Assembly (NCBI GenBank): GCA_043421945.1
Contig: JBHOGO010000045.1
Location: 467-24,466, forward strand
DNA from: a bacterium sp. HQB-150
Lineage (GTDB): Bacteria; Pseudomonadota; Gammaproteobacteria; Enterobacterales; Vibrionaceae
Length of the DNA stretch: 24,000 nucleotides
Direction of reading: 5' to 3'
How positions within the stretch are numbered: the first letter of the stretch is position 1; each line of letters starts with the position of its first letter. A program made the position numbers and the translations under genes. This document shows positions 7,499-16,488 of this stretch, in pieces. Under the pieces are notes generated by a model, which was given only the letters and a program-made list of their open reading frames with translations, had not been told where the DNA came from and ran no database searches.

Positions 7499-8686
7499 CT
7501 AGCAATTCACTCCTGCAACGTAGCCACTACTCCATGCCCACTGGAAGTTAAACCCGCCTAACCAACCCGACACATCCATCACTTCACCGACAAAGTACAA
7601 GCCAGATATATGCTTACACTCCATTGTTTTAGAGGAGAGTACATCCGTGTCAACACCACCTAGCGTCACCTCTGCAGTACGGTATCCTTCAGTGCCGTTA
7701 GGGACAATTCTCCAGCGATGAATCGTCTCCTCCAATGCCGCGAACTCTTTATGATCAAACTGCTTTAACGGTTTATCTTGAAGTTCACCACGCTCAATAA
7801 AGGCTTCCACCAAACGCTTAGGTAGCAAACGTGATAGTGCATTCTTCAGGCTTTGATTAGGGTGCTTCTCACGTAGGGCGCCTAGCACCTCAAGAATATT
7901 TTCATTCGGCAATAAATCAAACGTCACTGCCTGTCCCGGTTGCCAATACGAAGAGACCTGCAACACAACAGGGCCTGACAAGCCACGGTGCGTGAATAAC
8001 AACGCTTCTTTAAATGACGTGCCATCTTCCGTTTCTGCGACTACCGGTATCGCAATGCCGGAAAGCGGCTCAAGCGTGGCTTTATCAGCGGTGTGTAAAG
8101 TAAAAGGAACTAAACCTGCACAGGTTGCCACTCTTGGCAGTTCAAACTGCTCCGCTATCTGGTAGCCAAAAGGCGTCGCCCCAAGCTTAGGCATTGATAG
8201 CCCCCCAGTTGCAACAACCAAGGACTGACACTCAACATATTCCGTATTCACACGCAGTGAGAAGCCACTCTCCGTCTTCTCTATTTCAGTCACTTCACTT
8301 TGGTAGCGCTGTTCGATATTCGGTAAGGCGCACTCTTTGAGTAGCATCGCGACAATATCTTTTGCTGATTCAAGGCAAAATAGCTGGCCATGGTCGCGCT
8401 CTTCATAAGCGATTTCATGCTCACAGACCATGCCAATAAAGTCCCAGTTCGTGTACTGAGAGAGTGCAGACTTAACGAAGTGAGGATTACGACACACAAA
8501 GTTAGCCGCGCTCACATCATAGTTTGTAAAGTTGCATTTTCCGCCACCTGAAATCAAGATTTTACGCCCAGGCTTCTTTGCATGATCAACGACCATCACG
8601 GAGCGTCCACGTTTGCCCGCTTGAGCAGCACACATTAGGCCTGCAGCACCAGCACCAATCACTACAACATCTACTTGTTTTGCCAT
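7499..8686 (-). CDS. yhiN: YhiN/BaiN-family (HI0933-like) FAD-dependent flavoprotein
   Basis: 395-aa ORF. Rossmann motif VVVIGAGAAG, then KPGRKILISGGGKCNFTN, ATGGLSMPKLGATPFGY, LLFTHRGLSGP, EVTLGGVDT and GGFNFQWAWSSG. Near-collinear with E. coli YhiN. Confidence 0.92.
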   Translation of the reverse strand: MAKQVDVVVIGAGAAGLMCAAQAGKRGRSVMVVDHAKKPGRKILISGGGKCNFTNYDVSAANFVCRNPHFVKSALSQYTNWDFIGMVCEHEIAYEERDHGQLFCLESAKDIVAMLLKECALPNIEQRYQSEVTEIEKTESGFSLRVNTEYVECQSLVVATGGLSMPKLGATPFGYQIAEQFELPRVATCAGLVPFTLHTADKATLEPLSGIAIPVVAETEDGTSFKEALLFTHRGLSGPVVLQVSSYWQPGQAVTFDLLPNENILEVLGALREKHPNQSLKNALSRLLPKRLVEAFIERGELQDKPLKQFDHKEFAALEETIHRWRIVPNGTEGYRTAEVTLGGVDTDVLSSKTMECKHISGLYFVGEVMDVSGWLGGFNFQWAWSSGYVAGVNC

Positions 8687-8708
8687 TTATTTTGCCCTAA
8701 AACGCACT

Positions 8709-8738
8709 AAAAAAGGGATGCCTAACTGGCATCCCTTT
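8709..8738 (-). terminator. Rho-independent terminator downstream of uspB
   Basis: The - strand reads AAAGGGATGCC-AGTTA-GGCATCCCTTT followed by TTT, giving a run of six T overall. The stem has 8 core pairs, mostly G:C. It sits about 140 nt after the uspB stop and about 22 nt before the yhiN ATG. Confidence 0.8.
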
Positions 8739-8880
8739 CTACTTAACTGCGTTAATTCTACCCTATCTCAGCCACTCTCCCAAGTGGTGTGCAACAGATG
8801 CTCGTTATTCAATCCTCATGCTGTATCGATATCTTAACGACGGCATCAAAAATCGGACGCCAACCTATTCAGCAGGGAGT

Positions 8881-9207
8881 CTATAACCCCATGAAAATTG
8901 TCACAAAGAAGAGCAGAACCCAAAAACTCGCGAGAACAAACAGCTTACGAACTTTGTTGCATTTAACAATAAAGACTTCATCATGATGATTGTCGTATTG
9001 ATGACTACGAATATAATGAAACAGTCGAATCTGCTTCTGTACGTTGCCCTGAGAAGAGAAGAAACCACGACCATCAACTTGCTGATAAAGCAACGGGTCG
9101 CAGTCTCGCATGACCACCAACAACGTACGTAATGTACTGATATATCGAGAAACATTCACCACAGCCACAATAAAGACTGCCAGAATCAGTGCGTCGCTAC
9201 TGATCAT
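8881..9207 (-). CDS. uspB: Universal stress protein B
   Basis: 108-aa ORF with GGGGGT SD. The protein MIS..A......V.N..RY.S.LR.LLVV.R.CDPLLYQ.VDG.GFF.S.G matches E. coli UspB nearly residue for residue in the N-terminal half. Two TM segments. Confidence 0.92.
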   Translation of the reverse strand: MISSDALILAVFIVAVVNVSRYISTLRTLLVVMRDCDPLLYQQVDGRGFFSSQGNVQKQIRLFHYIRSHQYDNHHDEVFIVKCNKVRKLFVLASFWVLLFFVTIFMGL

Positions 9208-9269
9208 AACTTACCCCCAAACAATGGTTCACTGCTTAGTCGGTAACCGCCTATGGCTGAAGAGAAGCC

Positions 9270-9797
9270 TTACGCTACCGACGTATCCATTATTGACTGA
9301 GATTCAGACTTTGCCATTTCAGCCAGATCTTTGTCGATGAAGAACAGCGCTTTGCCATCCTCACCCACTAATTCAATTTTATCCAGAATCCCTTTAAACA
9401 ACTTCTCTTCTTCGTGCTGCTCTGAGACATACCACTGAAGGAAATTGAATGTCGAGTAGTCTTGCGTTGTAAACGCAACATGCGCCAAAGCATTGATTTT
9501 TTGTGTTATTAGCTGTTCATGTTCGTAGGTTTCACGAAACACAGCACCTAACGATCCAAACTCGTGCTTTGGTGCTTCAATCGTCCCTAAAATAGGCATA
9601 GCGCCAGTTTCACTCACGTAAGTGAATAGGCGTTGCATGTGCTCCATCTCTTCGACTGCATGTTTACGTAAAAACTCAGCCGCCCCCTCGAAGCCTTTAT
9701 CTTCACACCATGCGCTCATTTGTAGATAAAGATTCGACGAGAAAAACTCGAGGTTGATTTGCTCATTAAGCTCTTCCATCATCGCCTTTGCCAACAT
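9270..9797 (-). CDS. ftnA: Non-heme ferritin
   Basis: I place the start at ATG 9797, with an AAGGAG RBS 7 nt upstream, not the track start at 9845. [56 protein letters not shown] and [22 protein letters not shown] match E. coli FtnA. Confidence 0.92.
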   Translation of the reverse strand: MLAKAMMEELNEQINLEFFSSNLYLQMSAWCEDKGFEGAAEFLRKHAVEEMEHMQRLFTYVSETGAMPILGTIEAPKHEFGSLGAVFRETYEHEQLITQKINALAHVAFTTQDYSTFNFLQWYVSEQHEEEKLFKGILDKIELVGEDGKALFFIDKDLAEMAKSESQSIMDTSVA

Positions 9798-10036
9798 GTC
9801 ACTACTCCTTACTTTTAGTGTAATAAAGCCTTTGCAGTTATGCATAATTTACCGCAAAAAATTATCCACTACTGTATCACAAACTCATAACAGTAAGAAA
9901 ACCTGCATAAAATGACTCTCTGAGTATTGTGCGAATAAATCCATTTCATCGAAAATGACAAAAAATTGAGACTAGTTAGACAGAATTACCTAAATTCCAG
10001 TGCTACTCTCAAGCAACCAACAGGGAGTACACGACT

Positions 10037-10462
10037 ATGAGCTATCAACATATTCTCGTCGCGGTCGATCTCACCGCCGACAGCGAAATACTCATGCAAA
10101 AAGCAGCAAAGCTCGCTGCGGCGCTAGATGCCAAACTGTCGCTCATTCATATCGATGTAAGCTATGCTGAACTTTATACTGGCCTCATCGATATAAATCT
10201 CGCCAATGCACAGCAGCGCCTTACCAATGATGCACATCAGCGCCTGCAAACATTACAAAACACACTGGACTACCCTATCCATCAAAGTTTAGTGGGTGCT
10301 GGTGATTTAAGTGATGAAATTTGCGAAGCCATTCATGATCAAGAGGTCGACCTAGTTGTATGCGGTCACCATCAAGACTTCTGGAGTAAAATATTGTCAT
10401 CAGCCAAACAGCTGATCAATGTCACTCCCGTTGATTTACTGATGGTGCCACTTGACCACTAG
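10037..10462 (+). CDS. uspA: Universal stress protein A
   Basis: 141-aa ORF. M.Y.HILVAVDL, KLSLIHIDV.YAELYTGLIDINL and DLVVCGHHQDFWSK..SSAKQLIN are near-identical to E. coli UspA motifs. Confidence 0.93.
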   Translation: MSYQHILVAVDLTADSEILMQKAAKLAAALDAKLSLIHIDVSYAELYTGLIDINLANAQQRLTNDAHQRLQTLQNTLDYPIHQSLVGAGDLSDEICEAIHDQEVDLVVCGHHQDFWSKILSSAKQLINVTPVDLLMVPLDH

Positions 10463-11111
10463 AGCAACAGTACCCGTTAATGCTTCAACGGTTTATCCTG
10501 TCACTATAAACCGCCACAATCGGCAGGCGTTTCTATCTCAATTTAGTCACGCCTTCTGCCAAGACCCCTTCTTTACTATGCTATCGTCTCAGCCCCAAAA
10601 AAGGCGTAGAGGAGCTTGGCGAATTGGAAAGTTAATCCTCATTGATAGTCGAGAGCGCCGCACGGCATACACGAACGGTGGCGATCTCAATAGCCTCATC
10701 ATATGGCAAGATCTTCGTCAGCCCTACGCCGCGAGCACACTCCAAGCCTGGTGGCTAAACCTATCGTGGTGTTGGAGTGGATGTCTCTCCGCATTACGGC
10801 CTCTTCGCCATAAGATTGAAGAGGTAGATGAAGCGGTAAAGGCACTACACCTTCATGCAGACATATACCTATCACTGCTTTTTGTGAGTGAAGACCATCG
10901 AGGACAAGGCATCGTAAGACAACTGATCTCACCGCTCCTTGATAAATGTGATACACACCAGCTTCGATGCGCCGTTGATACCTTTAACCACAGCAATGTG
11001 GCTATGTATCGCCATTTTGGCTTTAAACTCGTTGGCCAAACACGATTAACAGGTGGCGTTATCAACTATCAGATGCTTCGAATGCCTTCCAAAAAATTGA
11101 ATAGCAACTAG
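10452..11111 (+). CDS. GNAT-family N-acetyltransferase (substrate unknown)
   Basis: 219-aa ORF. Acetyl-CoA binding motif V.EDHRGQGIVRQLI, followed by a Y..FGF tail (MYRHFGFKLVG). TTG 10452 is the only in-frame start upstream of the conserved N-terminal segment. It overlaps the uspA 3' end by 11 nt. Confidence 0.7.
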   Translation: MTTRATVPVNASTVYPVTINRHNRQAFLSQFSHAFCQDPFFTMLSSQPQKRRRGAWRIGKLILIDSRERRTAYTNGGDLNSLIIWQDLRQPYAASTLQAWWLNLSWCWSGCLSALRPLRHKIEEVDEAVKALHLHADIYLSLLFVSEDHRGQGIVRQLISPLLDKCDTHQLRCAVDTFNHSNVAMYRHFGFKLVGQTRLTGGVINYQMLRMPSKKLNSN

Positions 11112-11188
11112 CCCCCTCCGTCTTCAGATAAACATTTTCGAAAAGATACGATAAACTGGCGACCTTAAATTTAACAAAGGATTGTCTC

Positions 11189-12076
11189 GTGGCTTACCTT
11201 TCCAGTATTACCCTATTATGGGCATTTTCTTTTAGTCTCATCGGTGTGTATCTAGCGGGCCAAGTCGACTCGTGGTTCTCAGTTCTCACTCGAGTAACCC
11301 TCGCACTGCTCGTTTTTATCCCCTTCACACAATGGCGAGGCGTGAGTAAACGTGTGGCTGCCCCGTTGATGGTTCTCGGCGGCATTCAGCTCGGTGTCAT
11401 GTACGGGTTCTATTATCAGTCTTTTCTCTACCTCAGCGTGCCAGAAGTACTCCTCTTTACTATCTTTACCCCCATTTATGTCACACTCATTTATGACTTG
11501 CTTAAAGGACAATTCTCTCCTTGGTATCTGACCAGTGCCATTATCGCTGTCGCAGGTACTGCGGTTCTTCAGTACTCAAGTATTAGCAGTCAGTTTTGGC
11601 ATGGCTTCTTTATCGTCCAAGGGGCAAATATCTGTTTTGCCATTGGCCAAGTTGGCTACAAATTTTTGATGGAGAAAAACGCACCAAGCCAGTCTCAACA
11701 TCGACTCTTTGGCTGGTTCTATCTTGGCGCCTTCTTTTTCGCTTTACCGGCCTTCGCACTCAAAGGAAATATCGAGGCGCTGCCAACCACCACAACACAG
11801 TGGGGCATCTTAATCTATCTCGGAACTATCGCTTCAGGACTTGGTTACTATTTGTGGAATCGAGGCGCGACACAAGTGAATGCAGGCTTATTGGCGGTGA
11901 TGAATAACGCACTCGTCCCTTGTGGGTTAGTGGTCAATATATTGATATGGAATCGAGAAGCCGACTTACTGAAGCTTGCATTAGGGTCAGCAATTATCGC
12001 CTTCTCGGTATGGTGGAACGAAGTGTGGGTTAAACGTCGCGTGGCAGCAGCATCAATAGCTGACTCAACGCCGTAA
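11189..12076 (+). CDS. yigM: EamA/DMT-family transporter, YigM (BioP biotin transporter)-like
   Basis: GTG start with AAAGGA RBS 8 nt upstream. The N-terminus ..ITLLWAFSFS..G.YLAG.VDS.F.VL.RV.LA.LVF.PF, plus QLGVMY, LLFT..TP.Y.TLIYD, W.YLGAF and QWGIL..LG..ASG.GY..WN.GATQV.AG are collinear with E. coli YigM. About 10 TM segments. Confidence 0.88.
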   Translation: MAYLSSITLLWAFSFSLIGVYLAGQVDSWFSVLTRVTLALLVFIPFTQWRGVSKRVAAPLMVLGGIQLGVMYGFYYQSFLYLSVPEVLLFTIFTPIYVTLIYDLLKGQFSPWYLTSAIIAVAGTAVLQYSSISSQFWHGFFIVQGANICFAIGQVGYKFLMEKNAPSQSQHRLFGWFYLGAFFFALPAFALKGNIEALPTTTTQWGILIYLGTIASGLGYYLWNRGATQVNAGLLAVMNNALVPCGLVVNILIWNREADLLKLALGSAIIAFSVWWNEVWVKRRVAAASIADSTP

Positions 12077-12758
12077 TCTCCAAGTCGGGAAGTTGGCGGC
12101 ACGCGTTGTGTCGCCCAATTCTACCGTGATGTAAGTTTATCCAAGCCGCCATCGCGCCCGCTTGCTTGGCACCTAACACATCACTTTCAAGATGATCACC
12201 AATATGCAGTATTCCCTCCACAGGCAGCGACAATCGTTGCGCTGCAATCTCAAAGAGATCGCTCGCAGGTTTCGCCGCGCCTTCCACACCGCCTTGAAGT
12301 GAAAATTCGAAATACTCACCCAAACCAATACGATTCACATCAACATTACCATTGGTGATCGCTACCAAGGGAAAATAGTGCTTAAGCTGATTCAAAACCT
12401 GATGTGTTTCATGTGGAACATCGATTTGATGGCGCGCCTTCAGGACAACATTCATCCCTGCATCTGTTGCTTCCAGTACTTTTTCACCACGCACACCCAA
12501 CTGCATCAACATGGTCGCAATCGTTTCACGACGCCACTGAGTCAAGTTGTCACTGAGACCTGGATTATCAACCGCAATACGGTGCTTCAAAGCAAGCCAC
12601 TGTGCCGGTTTCACATGCCGTGTCACTGGGAACTGCTCAGCAAGCCACAACAGTAACGTCTTCTCTGTGTGACGTATTACTTTTGCGTTGTCATAAAGCG
12701 TATCATCCAGATCAAAACTGAACGCTTGAATAGGGCGAAGACGCCGATAAAAATGCAT
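12030..12758 (-). CDS. yigB: HAD-family 5-amino-6-(5-phospho-D-ribitylamino)uracil phosphatase YigB
   Basis: 242-aa ORF. AGGAG RBS lies inside the xerC 3' end. M.FYR.L..I.A.(S/T)FDLDDTLYDN, PLVAITNGN, IGLG.YFEF and H.GD.L..DV.GA match E. coli YigB. It follows xerC as in E. coli. Confidence 0.92.
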   Translation of the reverse strand: MHFYRRLRPIQAFSFDLDDTLYDNAKVIRHTEKTLLLWLAEQFPVTRHVKPAQWLALKHRIAVDNPGLSDNLTQWRRETIATMLMQLGVRGEKVLEATDAGMNVVLKARHQIDVPHETHQVLNQLKHYFPLVAITNGNVDVNRIGLGEYFEFSLQGGVEGAAKPASDLFEIAAQRLSLPVEGILHIGDHLESDVLGAKQAGAMAAWINLHHGRIGRHNACRQLPDLEITALSQLLMLLPRDV

Positions 12759-12766
12759 GGAAACTC

Positions 12767-13693
12767 CTACTTAGTGTCACGTTTGGCACGAGGATGCGCC
12801 TTGTCGTATACCTTGGCGAGGTGTTGAAAATCGAGGTGTGTATAGATCTGTGTTGTCGACATATTGGCATGCCCCAGCAACTCTTGTACTGCGCGGAGGT
12901 TACCACTTGATTCAAGCATGTGCGTTGCATAACTGTGGCGTAATTTATGCGGGTTAATATGGCTAGTCACAGACTGCTTCTGCCCCCACTCCGCCATACG
13001 CTTTTGGACATTACGGTGGGAAATACGATTGCCATGCTTAGAAACAAACAATGCTTTTTCATCTTTCGCCGCAATATAGCAACGCCGCTTGAGCCACTCA
13101 CCAATCCACGTTTTCGCCTTACCACCAAACGGGACTTGGCGTTGCTTATCACCTTTACCTATCACCCGGAGTTCACCGCGGGTTAAGCGAATATCTTTCA
13201 CGTCCAAGTTAACCAGTTCAGCTAATCGTAAACCTGCGCCATACATCAGCTCCATCATCGCACGGTCTCGCACCGATAATGGGTCCTTTTCGTCAACTTC
13301 AAGTAACTGATTAATCTCATCGACATCGAGGTTTTTAGGTAATGGTTTATCCTGACGAGGGGCCGCAACCCCTTTCGCCACATTGGCATTGACCCGTTGT
13401 TTCCTCACTAAGAAATCGAGAAAGCTACGTAGCGCCGAAAGACGCAGCGCAATACTACCAGGCTTCAAACCTTCTCTTTTTGCGGCTGCGACGATTTGTC
13501 TCACCCAGCCACTATCGAGATCACGCCAGTTTTTGACATCAAGCTTAACCATTTCTCGCGCAATACGCGTGAGCTGCTGCTGATAACTGGCTTCGGTATG
13601 CGCGCTATAGCCCTTCTCTACGCGTAAGTAGGTATAAAAGGCAATTAACGGTTTTAATAAGGTACTCGGTAATGGCTGTTCACGATCGTCCAT
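12767..13693 (-). CDS. xerC: Tyrosine site-specific recombinase XerC (chromosome dimer resolution)
   Basis: Catalytic-region motifs [10 protein letters not shown]-like ([10 protein letters not shown]), [53 protein letters not shown] favour ATG 13693 (MDDREQ..), which overlaps the yigA stop as TAATG, over the track TTG at 13705. Confidence 0.93.
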   Translation of the reverse strand: MDDREQPLPSTLLKPLIAFYTYLRVEKGYSAHTEASYQQQLTRIAREMVKLDVKNWRDLDSGWVRQIVAAAKREGLKPGSIALRLSALRSFLDFLVRKQRVNANVAKGVAAPRQDKPLPKNLDVDEINQLLEVDEKDPLSVRDRAMMELMYGAGLRLAELVNLDVKDIRLTRGELRVIGKGDKQRQVPFGGKAKTWIGEWLKRRCYIAAKDEKALFVSKHGNRISHRNVQKRMAEWGQKQSVTSHINPHKLRHSYATHMLESSGNLRAVQELLGHANMSTTQIYTHLDFQHLAKVYDKAHPRAKRDTK

Positions 13694-14367
13694 TACCGTA
13701 ACCAAGTTGGCAACTGAGCACGCAGCAAGACGGCCAACTGTGTTAAAAACAGCGTATCCATTTCAGGCTGGAAATGACCACCGTCAGGGCTCGCAAACGC
13801 CAGAACACCTTCACAGCGACCAGCCCCTACCGACATCACGGCAAACGAACCTAACTGAGGAGGCTGATCGAACAGAAGCTCAGCCTCTGCTCTTTGCAAC
13901 CGACCAAGATAAACCTGCTGTTGTGACAACTGCGCAACTCGCGTTGCTTGATATGCAATGCGATCTAATTGATGACGCTCACACTGGTCGTCAAAAAGGC
14001 GCAAGGTCACTGAAAGTGATAATTTATCACCCAACTGCTGGAGTGCTCGGCGAGCCTGAGTGATGTTTTCCACTTCATAAAGGCGGATCTGAGTTTCGCC
14101 AAAAGCACGAAAGATCGATTCGTTCCGTCTCGCTTGGCTCATCAAACCGGTAATATCTTCTTCTAACTCACTCACTCGTTGACGAAGTCGTGTGAGTTGT
14201 ACATCAACGAGCGATACGGTGCCGCGCGCTTCATGCGCAACTCGAACGGAGTCTAAAAGGTGTGGGTAAAGATGAAAAAACGCTTCGTCATATTCTAAAA
14301 ATGCCGCAACAGCGGCACGTTGTTGTTGAGTGAGCTCTTCCTCACTCAACGCGGGTGTTTCGGTCAT
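13693..14367 (-). CDS. yigA: DUF484-family protein YigA (function unknown)
   Basis: 224-aa ORF in the conserved dapF-yigA-xerC position. Its ATG overlaps the dapF stop (ATGA). It has a coiled-coil-like segment ([15 protein letters not shown]) followed by a GAF-like C-terminal half, typical of DUF484 as I recall it. Confidence 0.8.
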   Translation of the reverse strand: MTETPALSEEELTQQQRAAVAAFLEYDEAFFHLYPHLLDSVRVAHEARGTVSLVDVQLTRLRQRVSELEEDITGLMSQARRNESIFRAFGETQIRLYEVENITQARRALQQLGDKLSLSVTLRLFDDQCERHQLDRIAYQATRVAQLSQQQVYLGRLQRAEAELLFDQPPQLGSFAVMSVGAGRCEGVLAFASPDGGHFQPEMDTLFLTQLAVLLRAQLPTWLR

Positions 14368-15194
14368 AATACAAATTGCCCATCATAGACATGTTCGGCT
14401 GGGCCTGTCATATACAGAGGCTTTCCTTCGCCTGCCCATCGAATTTTTAAGGTTCCGCCTGGTAAATGCACTTTCACTTCATCATCCAATAAGCCTTGCA
14501 GTTTACCAACGGCCATTGCAGCACAAGCGCCCGTGCCACATGCTTGGGTTTCACCCGCACCACGTTCATACACACGAAGCTGCACTTCTTGTCGAGAGAT
14601 AACCTGCATAAAACCAGCATTAACGCGCTCAGGAAAACGTTCATGAGACTCGACAAGCGGGCCTAAGCGTTCAACGTTTGTCGTGCTGAGGTCGTCAACC
14701 ACGGTGACACAGTGCGGATTTCCCATACTCACTGCACCACAAAACAAGGTTTTATCATCAACACGTAAAAGGTAGGTCTTTTCCTTTGATTTCGCACGAA
14801 ACGGAATCTTATTAGGCTCGAGTTCAGGCACTCCCATATTCACGGTGACCTGATTGTCGTTCTCGATCTTCAGGACAATCTTGCCCGTTTTGGTGGTCAC
14901 GCCAATGCTGTACTTATTGGTTAAACCTTTTAAGCGAACAAACCGTGCAAAACAGCGAGCACCATTCCCACACTGCTCCACTTCACTACCGTCGGCATTA
15001 AAGATACGGTAGTGAAAGTCAGATTCAGGATCATAAGGTGGCTCAACAACCAATAGCTGATCAAACCCAATCCCCCGATGACGGTCCGCTAAGCGACGTA
15101 CCGCATCTGGAGAGAAGAAGACATTTTGGGTAACACAGTCAACTACTGCAAAATCGTTGCCCAAGCCATGCATTTTTGAAAAATGGATCTGCAT
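14364..15194 (-). CDS. dapF: Diaminopimelate epimerase
   Basis: [28 protein letters not shown], the catalytic Cys motifs [13 protein letters not shown] and [11 protein letters not shown], and the ending [12 protein letters not shown] match E. coli DapF. Start ATG 15194 has AAGGA 12 nt upstream. The track start at 15236 would overlap lysA. ATG 15203 is an alternative. Confidence 0.93.
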   Translation of the reverse strand: MQIHFSKMHGLGNDFAVVDCVTQNVFFSPDAVRRLADRHRGIGFDQLLVVEPPYDPESDFHYRIFNADGSEVEQCGNGARCFARFVRLKGLTNKYSIGVTTKTGKIVLKIENDNQVTVNMGVPELEPNKIPFRAKSKEKTYLLRVDDKTLFCGAVSMGNPHCVTVVDDLSTTNVERLGPLVESHERFPERVNAGFMQVISRQEVQLRVYERGAGETQACGTGACAAMAVGKLQGLLDDEVKVHLPGGTLKIRWAGEGKPLYMTGPAEHVYDGQFVL

Positions 15195-15202
15195 GGTGGT
15201 CA

Positions 15203-16459
15203 TTATCCTTCTGGTAGCAAGCTTTCTGACTGCCACAACTCAGTCAGCTCTTCACGCTGACGTACAACATGTGCTTTATCACCATCGACCATAATTTCAG
15301 CTGGACGACAGCGTGTATTGTAGTTTGATGCCATCACAAAGCCATATGCACCCGCAGAGCGCACCGCGAGTAAATCACCTTGTTCAATATTAAGTGCACG
15401 GTCTTTACCAATGAAATCACTCGTTTCACAAATTGGACCCACGATATCGTAGGTACTCGTCTCACCTTCACGGGGGCTAACGGGTACAATGTTTTGCCAT
15501 GCTGAGTAGAGTGCTGGACGCATGAGGTCATTCATAGCCGCATCAACGATCGCAAAATTCTTATGCTCAGTCAGTTTGAGGTATTCAACCTTAGTAAGTA
15601 AAACGCCAGCGTTCGCTGCAATAGCACGACCCGGCTCAAAGATCAGCTCTAACTCTGGGTGAGCATCTAAGCGAGCCAGCAGTGCAGACGCATATTCTGC
15701 AGGCTGAGGAGGCTCTTCCTCATTGTAGCGAACCCCTAAACCACCACCGACATCAAGGTGGTGAATATGGATACCTTCTGCTTTGAGGCTATCGATCATT
15801 GCCAATAGACGGTCAGTGGCATCAATAAACGGCTCAATATCCGTCAATTGAGAACCAATGTGACAGTCCATTCCAATAACATTAAGGTTCTCCATCGCAG
15901 CGGCTTTGCGATATACCGCTGGCGCAAGGTCAAAGAAGATACCAAACTTGTTATCACGTAATCCGGTAGAGATATAAGGGTGTGTTTTCGCGTCAACATC
16001 AGGATTGATTCGTAACGATACTGGTGCCACTTTGCCCAGTCGCCCAGCGACTTCATTGAGTCGGTCTAGCTCAGCTTCAGACTCCACATTAAAACACTTA
16101 ATGTTGAGTTCTAATGCGCGAGTCATCTCGGCATCCGTTTTACCGACACCAGAGAAAACAACTTTTGCCGGATCGCCACCAGCAGCAATAACGCGTTCGA
16201 GTTCGCCTTGAGAAACGATATCAAAGCCTGAACCCAATCGTGCCAGTACGTTCAGTACACCGAGGTTAGAGTTTGCTTTTACGGCATAGCAAATCAAATG
16301 TGGGTGCGTCGCAACGGCGTCATCAAAAGCTTTCCAGTGTCGCTCAAGCGTCGCTCGCGAGTAAACGTATAGTGGCGTGCCGTGCTGTTCAGCGAGCGTA
16401 GAAAGAGAAACTTGCTCACCCCAAAGTTGGCCATCAGCCTGATAATTAAAAAAATCCAA
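15203..16459 (-). CDS. lysA: Diaminopimelate decarboxylase
   Basis: 418-aa ORF. PLP-lysine motif [10 protein letters not shown], plus HIGSQ, GGGLGV.Y, EPGR and CES.D-like (PICETSDF). The start codon is TTG (16457-16459) with an AGGGAAG RBS. There is no in-frame ATG until about residue 111. Confidence 0.93.
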   Translation of the reverse strand: MDFFNYQADGQLWGEQVSLSTLAEQHGTPLYVYSRATLERHWKAFDDAVATHPHLICYAVKANSNLGVLNVLARLGSGFDIVSQGELERVIAAGGDPAKVVFSGVGKTDAEMTRALELNIKCFNVESEAELDRLNEVAGRLGKVAPVSLRINPDVDAKTHPYISTGLRDNKFGIFFDLAPAVYRKAAAMENLNVIGMDCHIGSQLTDIEPFIDATDRLLAMIDSLKAEGIHIHHLDVGGGLGVRYNEEEPPQPAEYASALLARLDAHPELELIFEPGRAIAANAGVLLTKVEYLKLTEHKNFAIVDAAMNDLMRPALYSAWQNIVPVSPREGETSTYDIVGPICETSDFIGKDRALNIEQGDLLAVRSAGAYGFVMASNYNTRCRPAEIMVDGDKAHVVRQREELTELWQSESLLPEG

Positions 16460-16488
16460 AGTATTGCTTCCCTGTCTGTGTGGTGGTG

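Noticed and set aside
8789-9155. Track ORFs 8789..8986 (+) and 8901..9155 (-) around uspB
   Set aside because: The uspB frame (8881..9207) matches E. coli UspB almost residue for residue. The alternative frames have no recognisable features.
9846-10036. Fur box upstream of ftnA
   Set aside because: My best manual alignment, around 9933-9951, matched the 19-bp Fur consensus at only about 7/19 positions. No site is claimed.
12767-13693. Tyrosine recombinase as a possible marker of an integrated mobile element or island
   Set aside because: The sequence and operon context (dapF-yigA-xerC-yigB) identify it as housekeeping XerC. There is no adjacent tRNA, no att-like direct repeats and no phage or transposon genes.
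13707-14063. 118-aa + strand ORF antisense to yigA (DUF484)
   Set aside because: It is embedded in a conserved operon gene on the other strand, and its sequence does not look protein-like.
15195-15236. N-terminal extension of dapF ([14 protein letters not shown]) in the ORF track
   Set aside because: The extension overlaps the lysA 3' end and has no counterpart in E. coli DapF, which begins [16 protein letters not shown] 15194 gives [15 protein letters not shown] and has an AAGGA SD. The same logic was applied to the ftnA (9798-9845), lipoprotein (3640-3687), hemC (20121-20132) and xerC (13694-13705) extensions.
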